A stretch of 64,000 nucleotides of DNA from a phage. Below, one piece after another: positions 27,984 to 37,021 of this stretch. The position numbers and the translations under genes are program-made. The stretch lies in the sequence record PZ452596.1. One strand, written 5' to 3'. Below the pieces are notes generated by a model that saw only the letters and a program-made list of their open reading frames with translations, searched no databases and was not told the DNA's origin. The first letter of the stretch is position 1; every line of letters starts with the position of its first letter.

Positions 27984-28327
27984 CTAGTACTCAATCCTCG
28001 ATTATAAGAATCTACCAAACGGTCAACCATTGAATGACAAGCGGCTTTATCTTTCTCCTCCGCAACTGAGCATTCTAAGGTATTCCACTTTTTAGCATAT
28101 CGTTTTAATAATGTATCGTTTTTGTATCTGCTTGATTTATCTCTTTCTCCGTCTTTATATGCATATATTAATTTCTGTGCAAATTCAGCTTGGCATGCTT
28201 TATTTTTCCCACAATAATCTGCCGCAGTGCGGTTTACATATTCTCTAATTTCAGTATATGATGTATCTGCTGATGCAGAAGCAGAAAATGAAATTAATCC
28301 TATACATAAAACCAAAATTTTAGTCAT
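27980..28327 (-). CDS. vs: Vs-like secreted protein (valyl-tRNA synthetase modifier homolog by position and size)
   Basis: 115 aa with signal peptide; position between tk block and regB as in T4. Confidence 0.55.
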   Translation of the reverse strand: MTKILVLCIGLISFSASASADTSYTEIREYVNRTAADYCGKNKACQAEFAQKLIYAYKDGERDKSSRYKNDTLLKRYAKKWNTLECSVAEEKDKAACHSMVDRLVDSYNRGLSTR

Positions 28328-28865
28328 TTACTATTTCCAAAAGTTTATTATTTTTAAGGTAATTAGCCTTTTCTAGGACTTCAGAAGCATATTTAGAACC
28401 TGCTTTAACATTCCATCCCGAATTATAAGAGGATATTGCTTTTCTTATATCGCCCTTATGTATATTTAACCAATAAGAAAGTTCAATGTACGCCCAGGAA
28501 GCTGAATTGGATCGTTTATTCAACATTCTTTTTATTTCAGCATCAGTCATATTATAACCAAGTTCCTTAACTCTCGCTCGCATAGTAGGCAAATAATTTT
28601 GGAACATTCCATAAGCGTGATGCTTTGGTTTAGATTTTAAATTAACTCCGCCAGAGCTTTCTTGCCATAAAATGGCTGCCATTATATGACCTAATCCGCT
28701 CTTGTGGATATTTTTATGTGTTTTATATTTTCCATCCTTAGAAAATTGTTCCCCGAATTGATACGCGTAACGCATGTTATCGAGTTGGACATTACTGAAA
28801 GTATGCTCGGAGCTATGTGCCATCATTGAAATGGCCAATAGACCAGCGAGTAGTGCTTTTCTCAT
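28320..28865 (-). CDS. periplasmic lytic transglycosylase-like protein (vs.1-like)
   Basis: 181 aa; signal peptide; SLT-type motifs WQESSGG and AYGMFQ. Confidence 0.6.
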   Translation of the reverse strand: MRKALLAGLLAISMMAHSSEHTFSNVQLDNMRYAYQFGEQFSKDGKYKTHKNIHKSGLGHIMAAILWQESSGGVNLKSKPKHHAYGMFQNYLPTMRARVKELGYNMTDAEIKRMLNKRSNSASWAYIELSYWLNIHKGDIRKAISSYNSGWNVKAGSKYASEVLEKANYLKNNKLLEIVND

Positions 28866-28872
28866 GCTTACC

Positions 28873-29334
28873 TCATTGAGTTTTAATTACTGCTTTAGAA
28901 GCCTTTCCTGGTAAACGACGACTGTTAATAATTGCCATCCTACATTGAAGTGACGGGTCTTTGAACTTCTCGTTAGGTTTACAAACTGTAAATCCAAGCC
29001 AAAGATTTCCATCTGTGATTTCTAAACGTCCAGGACGATATTCAACCCCATCAATAAAATCCTCGTCAATGTCAGGACGCGGAGGCATACTCAGGAATTC
29101 ATTAACTTCTAAAACATGGTCTTTTATTTTATGGAATAATTCAAAAACGTATGTCTCATCAATCTCCCGTTGAATTGCGCGATCAAGAAGATGTTGAGAA
29201 TATTTTAGATGAAACGATGAGACCCCTGCTGCTTTTGATGCCTCACGAATCTCATTGTTAATTTGACGAAACTCCGACTCAAAGTGACGACGGAGCTTAT
29301 TTCGACGGATAAAAACTTCTGTGTTGATAGTCAT
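28873..29334 (-). CDS. regB: RegB site-specific endoribonuclease
   Basis: 153 aa, MTINTEVFIRRNKLRRHFESEFRQINNEIRE... matches T4 RegB as recalled. Confidence 0.92.
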   Translation of the reverse strand: MTINTEVFIRRNKLRRHFESEFRQINNEIREASKAAGVSSFHLKYSQHLLDRAIQREIDETYVFELFHKIKDHVLEVNEFLSMPPRPDIDEDFIDGVEYRPGRLEITDGNLWLGFTVCKPNEKFKDPSLQCRMAIINSRRLPGKASKAVIKTQ

Positions 29335-29361
29335 GTTATTCTCCTCTTAACTGATAGAAAA

Positions 29362-29391
29362 ATTATACCACAGTCAAGAGGAAAAGTAAAC
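29362..29391 (-). promoter_or_regulatory. early promoter upstream of regB
   Basis: Minus strand GTTTAC, 18 nt, TGGTATAAT, then GAGGAG RBS and regB ATG. Confidence 0.6.
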
Positions 29392-29393
29392 AG

Positions 29394-29672
29394 TTATTCT
29401 TTAAATCTGATCAATTTATTCATAGACTTTGAAACTTCTGCACGAACCTCATGTAGATTTTTGAGCTGTTCAAGACGCTGCGTATAGTAAGCAATTTCAT
29501 CTTCTTCGAGACAGTCCTGCGAATCTTCTTTAAGATAACGTGCATAGTCCTGAAAAGCGTTACGGATTACTTCCTGGAAGTCATCAAGACTTTGAATTTT
29601 CTTAGGAGCAGCAGATACACGACGAGGGGCAGTATAATACTCATAACCAAACCCTGCGCTTAATTGAGCCAT
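29394..29672 (-). CDS. hypothetical protein
   Basis: Start at ATG 29672 ([13 protein letters not shown]...), TAATG overlap with upstream gene. Confidence 0.45.
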   Translation of the reverse strand: MAQLSAGFGYEYYTAPRRVSAAPKKIQSLDDFQEVIRNAFQDYARYLKEDSQDCLEEDEIAYYTQRLEQLKNLHEVRAEVSKSMNKLIRFKE

Positions 29673-29938
29673 TAGTATTTTTCCTCTGGTTGGAACACTG
29701 CACGACAAGCCCACATACTGGCTTCTTTGAGTTTCGTTTTAGCAATAGTTAACTGATCGAGGCTTTCGGAGTAATTCTTCGCGAGTTCATCATCTTCACA
29801 GCTATCAAATGCTTCCCAAAATTCATCGTATAAAGCATCAAAGATAAGTCCTAAACGAACTTCAGCGTCTTTAATAGCATTTACTTTACCGATTTTTTCG
29901 TCGGTATGTGGCTTATAACCTTTAATATCTTCAATCAT
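29672..29938 (-). CDS. small hypothetical protein in the vs.4 map position (possible Acb2-type sponge; positional guess only)
   Basis: 88 aa from ATG 29938 behind GAGGAAG RBS; no motif-level support. Confidence 0.35.
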   Translation of the reverse strand: MIEDIKGYKPHTDEKIGKVNAIKDAEVRLGLIFDALYDEFWEAFDSCEDDELAKNYSESLDQLTIAKTKLKEASMWACRAVFQPEEKY

Positions 29939-30152
29939 ATTTGACTTCCTCACCAGTACATAAATCGTATTCAACTAAACGAATAGGTTCATGAATGCCA
30001 TATCCCTGAACAGAAATTTCTGTCGTAGGATAAATTCCACTAATATCACCCATGTTCCACGCTTCATTAAATTGCTGTTCGCCTGAATTACTAAACCATT
30101 CTGCGAAAGCATTTAGCACATCTTTAGAACCTTCAATAATTATCTTTGCCAT
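29931..30152 (-). CDS. hypothetical protein
   Basis: 73-aa ORF. Confidence 0.45.
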   Translation of the reverse strand: MAKIIIEGSKDVLNAFAEWFSNSGEQQFNEAWNMGDISGIYPTTEISVQGYGIHEPIRLVEYDLCTGEEVKYD

Positions 30153-30514
30153 TACAGACTCTCAGTAAAGGTACGAGCGATAACGTCGCGCTGCTGTTCC
30201 GGAGTCAGAGAGTTAAAGCGAACTGCATAACCGGATACACGGATGGTCAGCTGCGGATATTTTTCCGGATGCTTAACTGCATCTTCCAGAGTTTCACGAC
30301 GCAGAACGTTAACGTTCAGATGTTGACCACCTTCAATTTTAACTGTAGGCTGTGGCTCAATTTCAATTTCACGGGCATGCAAACCGTAGAAAATTTCTGG
30401 GTCTACAAAAGAGTCCTCTTTAAAGGTTTTAGAGACAATAATTCGTGCTTGAATACCATCTTCAAAATAAATAGTGCCTTTGTGTGTGCCTTCAAGAATT
30501 TGATATGCTTTCAT
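30152..30514 (-). CDS. autonomous glycyl radical cofactor (GrcA/YfiD-like)
   Basis: 120 aa; C-terminal about 70 aa [41 protein letters not shown]... matches E. coli GrcA with glycyl-radical RVSGYAV; 3' half GC-rich. Confidence 0.85.
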   Translation of the reverse strand: MKAYQILEGTHKGTIYFEDGIQARIIVSKTFKEDSFVDPEIFYGLHAREIEIEPQPTVKIEGGQHLNVNVLRRETLEDAVKHPEKYPQLTIRVSGYAVRFNSLTPEQQRDVIARTFTESL

Positions 30515-30521
30515 ATAAACC

Positions 30522-30851
30522 TCAATTAGAAAATAAATTTATCCAAGATTGTTCTTTAATTAAAAATGGCTCAGAATCATATGCCATTAAACTTTGCGTA
30601 ATTAATCCTTTAAAAGGTCCATCAATAAATTCCATGGTAAAATATGGAATTTTATTCATTAGCCGTGCATTAGGAGCAGTACACAAAACTCTGCATCCTT
30701 TGAATACGCCTTTTTGTAATTTGTATTGCTTAGGATAAAATTCGCTCAAGACGTTGTTATTTGCCAAAATTTCAAAATGATTCACCAATTTATTTTTAAT
30801 AGTTTTTGGCGAAAAATAAAGATATTCGAAAAGCTGAGTGTCTGTCATCAT
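30522..30851 (-). CDS. hypothetical protein
   Basis: Start at ATGATG 30851 overlapping upstream stop. Confidence 0.45.
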   Translation of the reverse strand: MMTDTQLFEYLYFSPKTIKNKLVNHFEILANNNVLSEFYPKQYKLQKGVFKGCRVLCTAPNARLMNKIPYFTMEFIDGPFKGLITQSLMAYDSEPFLIKEQSWINLFSN

Positions 30852-31387
30852 TGCATTCCGATTACGAAAAACTGTGGACGAGTAATACCACCAATACAAC
30901 ATTTAATATTACAGCAGCAGTGTACAGTGTCAATATGGACACTATAAATCTTATCCATATCAGGAGATTTGACAGGCTCATCAATTATATACAAAATTCG
31001 CGAAAGCGATAAACCTCTGAACTTGCTTCCTTTATTACCAATAAAACTGCGCACAGAATCAGTAAATAAACGAAAACGTATATCATCATTAGAATAACGC
31101 GAAAATTCCTTTTTAATGTTATTTGCAGAAATTTTAGCGTAAGCTGAAGTATTAGAAAGAACAATAACTGTTCCGCCATCATACAACCAATTAGCAGCAA
31201 AATTAGTTACTGCAGTTGATTTACCGGATTGACGTCCACCATCTAGTCGAAGTGTGCAGTACTGTTTAAGTAATTCTTCAAATGGCGGGATATATTCGTT
31301 TTTACAAATTTCTTCTACTCTAGCATCAGAATGGTGTGTAAAAGCATTCATCAGGGATAGATAAGGACCAGTTAAAAATGTTCTCAT
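30848..31387 (-). CDS. stand-alone P-loop ATPase with terminase-like Walker motifs
   Basis: 179 aa from ATG 31387 behind GAGAGAATAAA; Walker A LDGGRQSGKST and Walker B ILYIIDEP resemble gp17 LSRQLGKTT / MIYIDEC in this window. Confidence 0.5.
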   Translation of the reverse strand: MRTFLTGPYLSLMNAFTHHSDARVEEICKNEYIPPFEELLKQYCTLRLDGGRQSGKSTAVTNFAANWLYDGGTVIVLSNTSAYAKISANNIKKEFSRYSNDDIRFRLFTDSVRSFIGNKGSKFRGLSLSRILYIIDEPVKSPDMDKIYSVHIDTVHCCCNIKCCIGGITRPQFFVIGMQ

Positions 31388-31527
31388 TTTATTCTCTCTA
31401 AATTTGGGCCATTCCATGGCGCATGAATTGTCCATTTCTGTATTTATCCATTACCGCACTCAGGCTCGACCTTATTACAGGTTGGCGGAATCCCTCATAG
31501 AATCATGAGGTCCAGGTTGTTCCCATA

Positions 31528-32001
31528 TTATTTGAACGATTTAACGTACTGAATAGAACCTTTACTATTCACAAAGGCAATTTTACCATTTTTGTTATAC
31601 ATGGTAGCAGTACGTTGATAGCCATAAGTTTGTTTACCAGATTGATAACCAACTAATGCAAAATTATCTTCACCCATTTTATTCTGTTTAGCGCGAATAC
31701 GTTCATGACCATGTGCCATAAGAACCTTAGCATCACCAGTTGCAATGGATCGACGAGTTTTTTCATCTTCAACTGTATTAACAAAGTCGTCAAATGAATC
31801 AAATTTAGCATGAGATTTATTATATAGTTTTCCATCTACTGCATAATTATATCCTTGTACATCCATCTCAACTTCTGTACCATCATCCAGTACAGCAGTG
31901 ATTTTCTGTCCTTTTTTAAATTTCAAAAGATCAGTAAAAGATTCAGCAATAATTTGAGAACTAATAGCTGCTTCAGTAATAAATTCTTGATATGTTTTCA
32001 T
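31528..32001 (-). CDS. internal protein (IPIII/IPII-like) with capsid targeting sequence
   Basis: 157 aa; N-terminus MKTYQEFITEA is the T4 internal-protein CTS with a gp21-type LxE cleavage context. Confidence 0.65.
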   Translation of the reverse strand: MKTYQEFITEAAISSQIIAESFTDLLKFKKGQKITAVLDDGTEVEMDVQGYNYAVDGKLYNKSHAKFDSFDDFVNTVEDEKTRRSIATGDAKVLMAHGHERIRAKQNKMGEDNFALVGYQSGKQTYGYQRTATMYNKNGKIAFVNSKGSIQYVKSFK

Positions 32002-32061
32002 GTGTATCCTTTAAATGTAAATATTTTAATTAATAATTTATCTCTTCAAGTAACTGTGAAT

Positions 32062-32091
32062 ATACTATCACAATTCTAGGAGAAAGTAAAT
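32062..32091 (-). promoter_or_regulatory. early promoter upstream of internal protein gene
   Basis: Minus strand ATTTAC, 18 nt, TGATAGTAT. Confidence 0.45.
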
Positions 32092-32095
32092 AACT

Positions 32096-33064
<969 letters not shown>

Positions 33065-33083
<19 letters not shown>

Positions 33084-33553
33084 TCAGTGATAAAGTTATT
33101 TAAATTTTGAGTATATTTCTTTTCATCAAAAATCTTTTGCTGTCTGCGTAACCGCCATGGCATTTCAATGAACGCGCACCATATCCCAGATAATATTGCT
33201 GCTGTCAAAATATTAACAAGCATAATTAAAAGAATCCAATCTCCTATTCTGTCTATTGGATTTTTTATAAAAAAGTAAAATACGAATGATGTCACAGGAA
33301 GACTAATAATATACCACAGAATCATAATTTTATCTGTGAACCAATCAGCGTTCGTTAACTTAGCGCGACCATTATGAATACACACGAATTTATCATCTGT
33401 TATAATAGATGGCTTAGCTGCTTGATATCCCATTCTAAACTCCCTAATCAACAAATTTTTCATATCTTCGGAACAACCATTCCAGTCAACTCTATCAACT
33501 GAAATGCCATCATCCCCATCATCTAAATCATACCAGCGAGTTTTTAAAATCAT
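33065..33553 (-). CDS. membrane protein, family with conserved C-terminal motif
   Basis: 162 aa; two hydrophobic helices; ends NNFITECRKLK. Confidence 0.5.
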
Positions 33554-33912
33554 TTAATTTTCCTACAATCACTCACAAACTCTTCCATTGATTCTTTTTC
33601 AATATAAGACATGTAGCTATTATATTCTTTTAATTGTATTTTGTAATCTTTTTTTCTTTGCCAATTTATTTTAAAATTATCATAATGAAAATATAACATG
33701 GTACCAAAGAATGAAAATAATGAAATAATTTTAGTATAGTGAAGTTCACTCCAAACTTCTATTATATTTACTGTGCCGTCAATGTTTAAAATAAGACAGT
33801 CAATTAACAATCCAAAAAGACTACCCGCAAGAGCTGCAGCCAACGCCACAGCAAAAATTAAAAATGACTCAGGAAGCGAATATTTGACTTTATTTAGTTT
33901 TGGCTTTTGCAT
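33550..33912 (-). CDS. membrane protein, family with conserved C-terminal motif
   Basis: 120 aa; hydrophobic helices; ends EEFVSDCRKIK. Confidence 0.5.
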   Translation of the reverse strand: MQKPKLNKVKYSLPESFLIFAVALAAALAGSLFGLLIDCLILNIDGTVNIIEVWSELHYTKIISLFSFFGTMLYFHYDNFKINWQRKKDYKIQLKEYNSYMSYIEKESMEEFVSDCRKIK

Positions 33913-34286
33913 CGTGATTCCTTAACAAATTTCATAATTTCATCAAATTCATACGCAGCAAGTTTAAGCTGATGTTCCTTTTTAATCTTTTTACACTGTG
34001 CTTTCCAATCACGTACGCGTTTACGATAATGCCTTCCTTGATACCAGTATCCTACCCAATTTACAGGTACTAATAAAAATGGAACTATCATTGGAAGAAT
34101 TAGTGTTGACGCAAATATTATATTAGATTCAATATTAGTCATAACATCTATAACTATTCCAACCCCCAGTAGAATTACAAATGATACAGCTATTACAGGA
34201 CCTATTAATACATCAGTAGAAATTATCTGACGCTTTAATTCATACTTTAAGGGTTTACTTGGAAGATACATTGATGGCTTTGACAT
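33894..34286 (-). CDS. membrane protein, family with conserved C-terminal motif
   Basis: 130 aa; hydrophobic helices; ends MKFVKESRCKSQN. Confidence 0.5.
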   Translation of the reverse strand: MSKPSMYLPSKPLKYELKRQIISTDVLIGPVIAVSFVILLGVGIVIDVMTNIESNIIFASTLILPMIVPFLLVPVNWVGYWYQGRHYRKRVRDWKAQCKKIKKEHQLKLAAYEFDEIMKFVKESRCKSQN

Positions 34287-34863
34287 ATTCTCTGCATTCC
34301 TTCACAAATTTTTCTAGTAATAAATCGCTTTCAAAATTGGGATTTTCTACGAATTTATCAAAAAGATCATCAACAATAGTTAAGATATTCTTTTTACTAA
34401 GAATACGTTTATTTTCATGCTTCGTTTCAGAATCAACTATAAGAGTAAAGAAATATTTCTTTCCCTGAAATTTTACCGTAGTATCAATATAGAATAAATT
34501 TGACTTTTGTAAGTTACGTTTAAACCATGCGTCACTTAAACTATAAACGCCAAGATAATCATAATCGTCGTTTAAATAACAAACTGTCCATTCAGGAGAA
34601 ATGAAATCAGTAAATTCAACATCAAAATCACATGTTAATAAATGAATTGATTCAATACTGTTAATAAGTATTCCAGGACGTATTAAAGACTTTTTACCTC
34701 TAGAAAATCTTCCAGAAAGACTTTCATCAGTTTCATATGAAGAACCCCAATAATAATTACGCCCTTCTGCCATACGTTTAAGAGCATTTAATAATTGGTC
34801 TGGAACATCAACCTGTCTTTGGAACTCTTCAAACATTGAATTGAAATCACTTTGCATTTTCAT
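34255..34863 (-). CDS. hypothetical soluble protein with the same C-terminal motif
   Basis: 202 aa; C-terminus EKFVKECREYVKAIN. Confidence 0.5.
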   Translation of the reverse strand: MKMQSDFNSMFEEFQRQVDVPDQLLNALKRMAEGRNYYWGSSYETDESLSGRFSRGKKSLIRPGILINSIESIHLLTCDFDVEFTDFISPEWTVCYLNDDYDYLGVYSLSDAWFKRNLQKSNLFYIDTTVKFQGKKYFFTLIVDSETKHENKRILSKKNILTIVDDLFDKFVENPNFESDLLLEKFVKECREYVKAINVSSK

Positions 34864-34884
34864 TCCTACTTACTCCAAGTAATA

Positions 34885-34898
34885 GGGGCCGAAGCCCC
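34885..34898 (-). terminator. hairpin GGGGCCGAAGCCCC
   Basis: 5-bp GC stem with 4-nt loop then T-rich tract, 3' of the 34905 gene. Confidence 0.45.
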
Positions 34899-34904
34899 TT
34901 ATCA

Positions 34905-35498
34905 TTATTTCAGAGAATTAATATATTCCTGAACATCGGCAGAGGTAGTTTCAACCCCAGAAATATTACCATTAAAGGTTTCAACTCGAGCAAGAGTATC
35001 TTCAATATCAACCTTAGTCAGTGCTGCAATTTCAACTACATCATCAGCAGTACTAATTCCGAGAGCATTTGCTGCGCGAGTTTCACGGATATATTCCAAT
35101 TTAACTGCAAGTTCTTGACGAGCATCATCTAACTCAACTACTTTCTTGGCGATTTCAATTCGCATTTCAGCATACCCATCAGCTTTAGTAGTCAACTGCT
35201 CAGCTGTTCGACGATATAGCAAACCGAGCTTAGCGTGCATTGTTACATCTTGACCTTCAGAAAGGAGCTTGCGAATTTCGCGCTCTTTTGATTCGGCTTG
35301 TCGATTCTTTTCAATAACAAGTTCACGAATACGTTTTTCTTCATTAATAGATTTAACAGAAGCAGTTTTTAGGTCTTTAATTTTATCAAGTAATTTTGCT
35401 GCTGCAGCAGTGTACTGTTCTTCAACAGATAGATTTTTAGCCATAGCAGAACCAAGTTTAGTGCGAATAAACTCAACAATTTTCTTCAGCATGTTCAT
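34905..35498 (-). CDS. coiled-coil protein, PspA/IM30-like (tentative)
   Basis: 197 aa; heptad-rich helical sequence with DTLAR segment; resemblance to PspA family is by eye only. Confidence 0.4.
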   Translation of the reverse strand: MNMLKKIVEFIRTKLGSAMAKNLSVEEQYTAAAAKLLDKIKDLKTASVKSINEEKRIRELVIEKNRQAESKEREIRKLLSEGQDVTMHAKLGLLYRRTAEQLTTKADGYAEMRIEIAKKVVELDDARQELAVKLEYIRETRAANALGISTADDVVEIAALTKVDIEDTLARVETFNGNISGVETTSADVQEYINSLK

Positions 35499-35542
35499 AG
35501 CATTTCCTTTAGTTAATTAAGGGTTTTATAATCCGTGGGAGT

Positions 35543-35572
35543 ATTATACTCTACTCCCAAGAGTTTGTAAAC
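35543..35572 (-). promoter_or_regulatory. early promoter
   Basis: Minus strand GTTTAC, 18 nt, GAGTATAAT; -10 lies within palindrome GGGAGTA...TACTCCC. Confidence 0.55.
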
Positions 35573-35905
35573 TTATTCTTCGTCCAATTCATCAATAAAT
35601 TTATCGATACTACTAATAATAGACTCATCGATAATTAACAAAGCATCATCATCCATAATATTAATATTTTCTAAAGCATCAATATAAGCTTGATTGACTA
35701 TAGACCATGCCCTTTGAAAATATGGGGCTTCATCATCAGGACAAATATCCCGCACGCCTTCAAAGATACGTTTGGCATAATCTAACACCCATTGTACAGG
35801 CATGTTTTGAGAACGTTCGTTAAACTCTTTAAAGTCCTTAGATTCAAAAAGCTCTTCAGGATAATAATTTCTATTACAAAAAGCTTTACTAAAGTTACGT
35901 TTCAT
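35573..35905 (-). CDS. acidic hypothetical protein
   Basis: 110 aa with acidic C-terminal tail. Confidence 0.5.
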   Translation of the reverse strand: MKRNFSKAFCNRNYYPEELFESKDFKEFNERSQNMPVQWVLDYAKRIFEGVRDICPDDEAPYFQRAWSIVNQAYIDALENINIMDDDALLIIDESIISSIDKFIDELDEE

Positions 35906-35930
35906 AATGTTCTCCTCAAAGTTATAGGCT

Positions 35931-35961
35931 CATAATATCTCAATCATGAGCCTGTGTAAAC
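35931..35961 (-). promoter_or_regulatory. early promoter
   Basis: Minus strand GTTTAC, 19 nt, TATTAT inside palindrome GGCTCATGA...TATGAGCC. Confidence 0.5.
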
Positions 35962-36225
35962 TTATTTCATATTATTGAAATATTCTTCAGCAATTTCATC
36001 ATTATCATGATAAACTTTAGAAGACAGTTTAACATAACCTTCTGCTGCGAACATGTTAATCACAACCTTTACAGTATACCACTGACCGTCTTCATTACCC
36101 ATTACTGCATAGGTTTCAAACATCGGATGATCAGGACCGATAACTTTAATATCATTCACTGTACGACCAAAATCTTCTGAAACACATTTCATAAAGAAGT
36201 TGAACAGTTCGCCGTAATTATCCAT
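35962..36225 (-). CDS. hypothetical protein
   Basis: Start at ATG 36225 behind GGAG RBS (MDNYGELFNFFMK...); track ORF start lies inside the promoter. Confidence 0.45.
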   Translation of the reverse strand: MDNYGELFNFFMKCVSEDFGRTVNDIKVIGPDHPMFETYAVMGNEDGQWYTVKVVINMFAAEGYVKLSSKVYHDNDEIAEEYFNNMK

Positions 36226-36268
36226 TTCATTCTCCAAGTTGTTTTCTATATCAGTAGTTGATATTGAT

Positions 36269-36298
36269 ATAGTACCATGGAAGGACAAGGATGTAAAC
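36269..36298 (-). promoter_or_regulatory. early promoter
   Basis: Minus strand TTTTCACAAAACG-GTTTAC, 18 nt, TGGTACTAT. Confidence 0.55.
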
Positions 36299-36427
36299 CG
36301 TTTTGTGAAAAAATTTTTAAAAAGTTTTGGGGAATTCTAGGGCAGGGAGAGGAAATTAAAAGGTAGGATAATATATTATAAAGGGTATAAACTAAATGAT
36401 GCCTAGAGAGGCCCGGAAAGGCCTAGA

Positions 36428-36462
36428 TACCAAAAAGCCCCAACCTTTCGGCTAGGGCTAAG
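36428..36462 (-). repeat. 35-bp direct repeat copy A containing terminator hairpin
   Basis: TACCAAAAAGCCCCAACCTTTCGGCTAGGGCTAAG; differs from copy B at one stem position. Confidence 0.7.
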
Positions 36463-36466
36463 AATG

Positions 36467-36928
36467 TTATTTGATTTGTTTAGCAGACCAAATGCGGTCT
36501 TTGATGATTTTTTGGAGGTCTTCAACATACTCTAGGTCATGAGCATGTGGATTATCTTTGAAACTATGAGCTCGCGCAAGTTTCTGGCCTTCGGTCTTAA
36601 TTATCAAAAGTTCTTTAAGAATTGCTTCATACCTAGAGATAATTCCTTTAGCAATATTTTTTTCTTGTGCTGCTTTAGGGTCAGCCTTAGGAGCAGGTTT
36701 ACCAGAAGGTTTTTCGAAAGCCGCGCCAGTAGCAACCAGGCTTTTCCAGGCGGTGGTAACATAGTTACCCACAAAGCCTTCAGCTCTCATATCGTCGTAG
36801 AACTTGTACCGAGATTCGTCAGAAGCATCTTTATAAGAATATTTACCAGCTTTAATAGCAGCAGTTGCTACAGCGCGAACATCTGAAGCGGATGCTTCGG
36901 TCATTAAAAATTGAGCATAAGTTTTCAT
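36467..36928 (-). CDS. internal-protein-like gene with capsid targeting sequence, flanked by direct repeats
   Basis: 153 aa; N-terminus MKTYAQFLMTEA fits the internal-protein CTS; Ala/Lys/Pro-rich middle; sits between repeats A and B. Confidence 0.55.
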   Translation of the reverse strand: MKTYAQFLMTEASASDVRAVATAAIKAGKYSYKDASDESRYKFYDDMRAEGFVGNYVTTAWKSLVATGAAFEKPSGKPAPKADPKAAQEKNIAKGIISRYEAILKELLIIKTEGQKLARAHSFKDNPHAHDLEYVEDLQKIIKDRIWSAKQIK

Positions 36929-36962
36929 TGTTATTTCCTGTGTTAATTAACTCATCTATTTA

Positions 36963-36997
36963 TACCAAAAAGCCCCAACCTTTCGGCTGGGGCTAAG
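36963..36997 (-). repeat. 35-bp direct repeat copy B; rho-independent terminator of the tRNA/small-RNA transcript
   Basis: Minus strand AGCCCCAGCC-GAAA-GGTTGGGGCT followed by TTTTT. Confidence 0.7.
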
Positions 36998-37021
36998 CCT
37001 TGCGGCAACCTTGTCGGGGTT

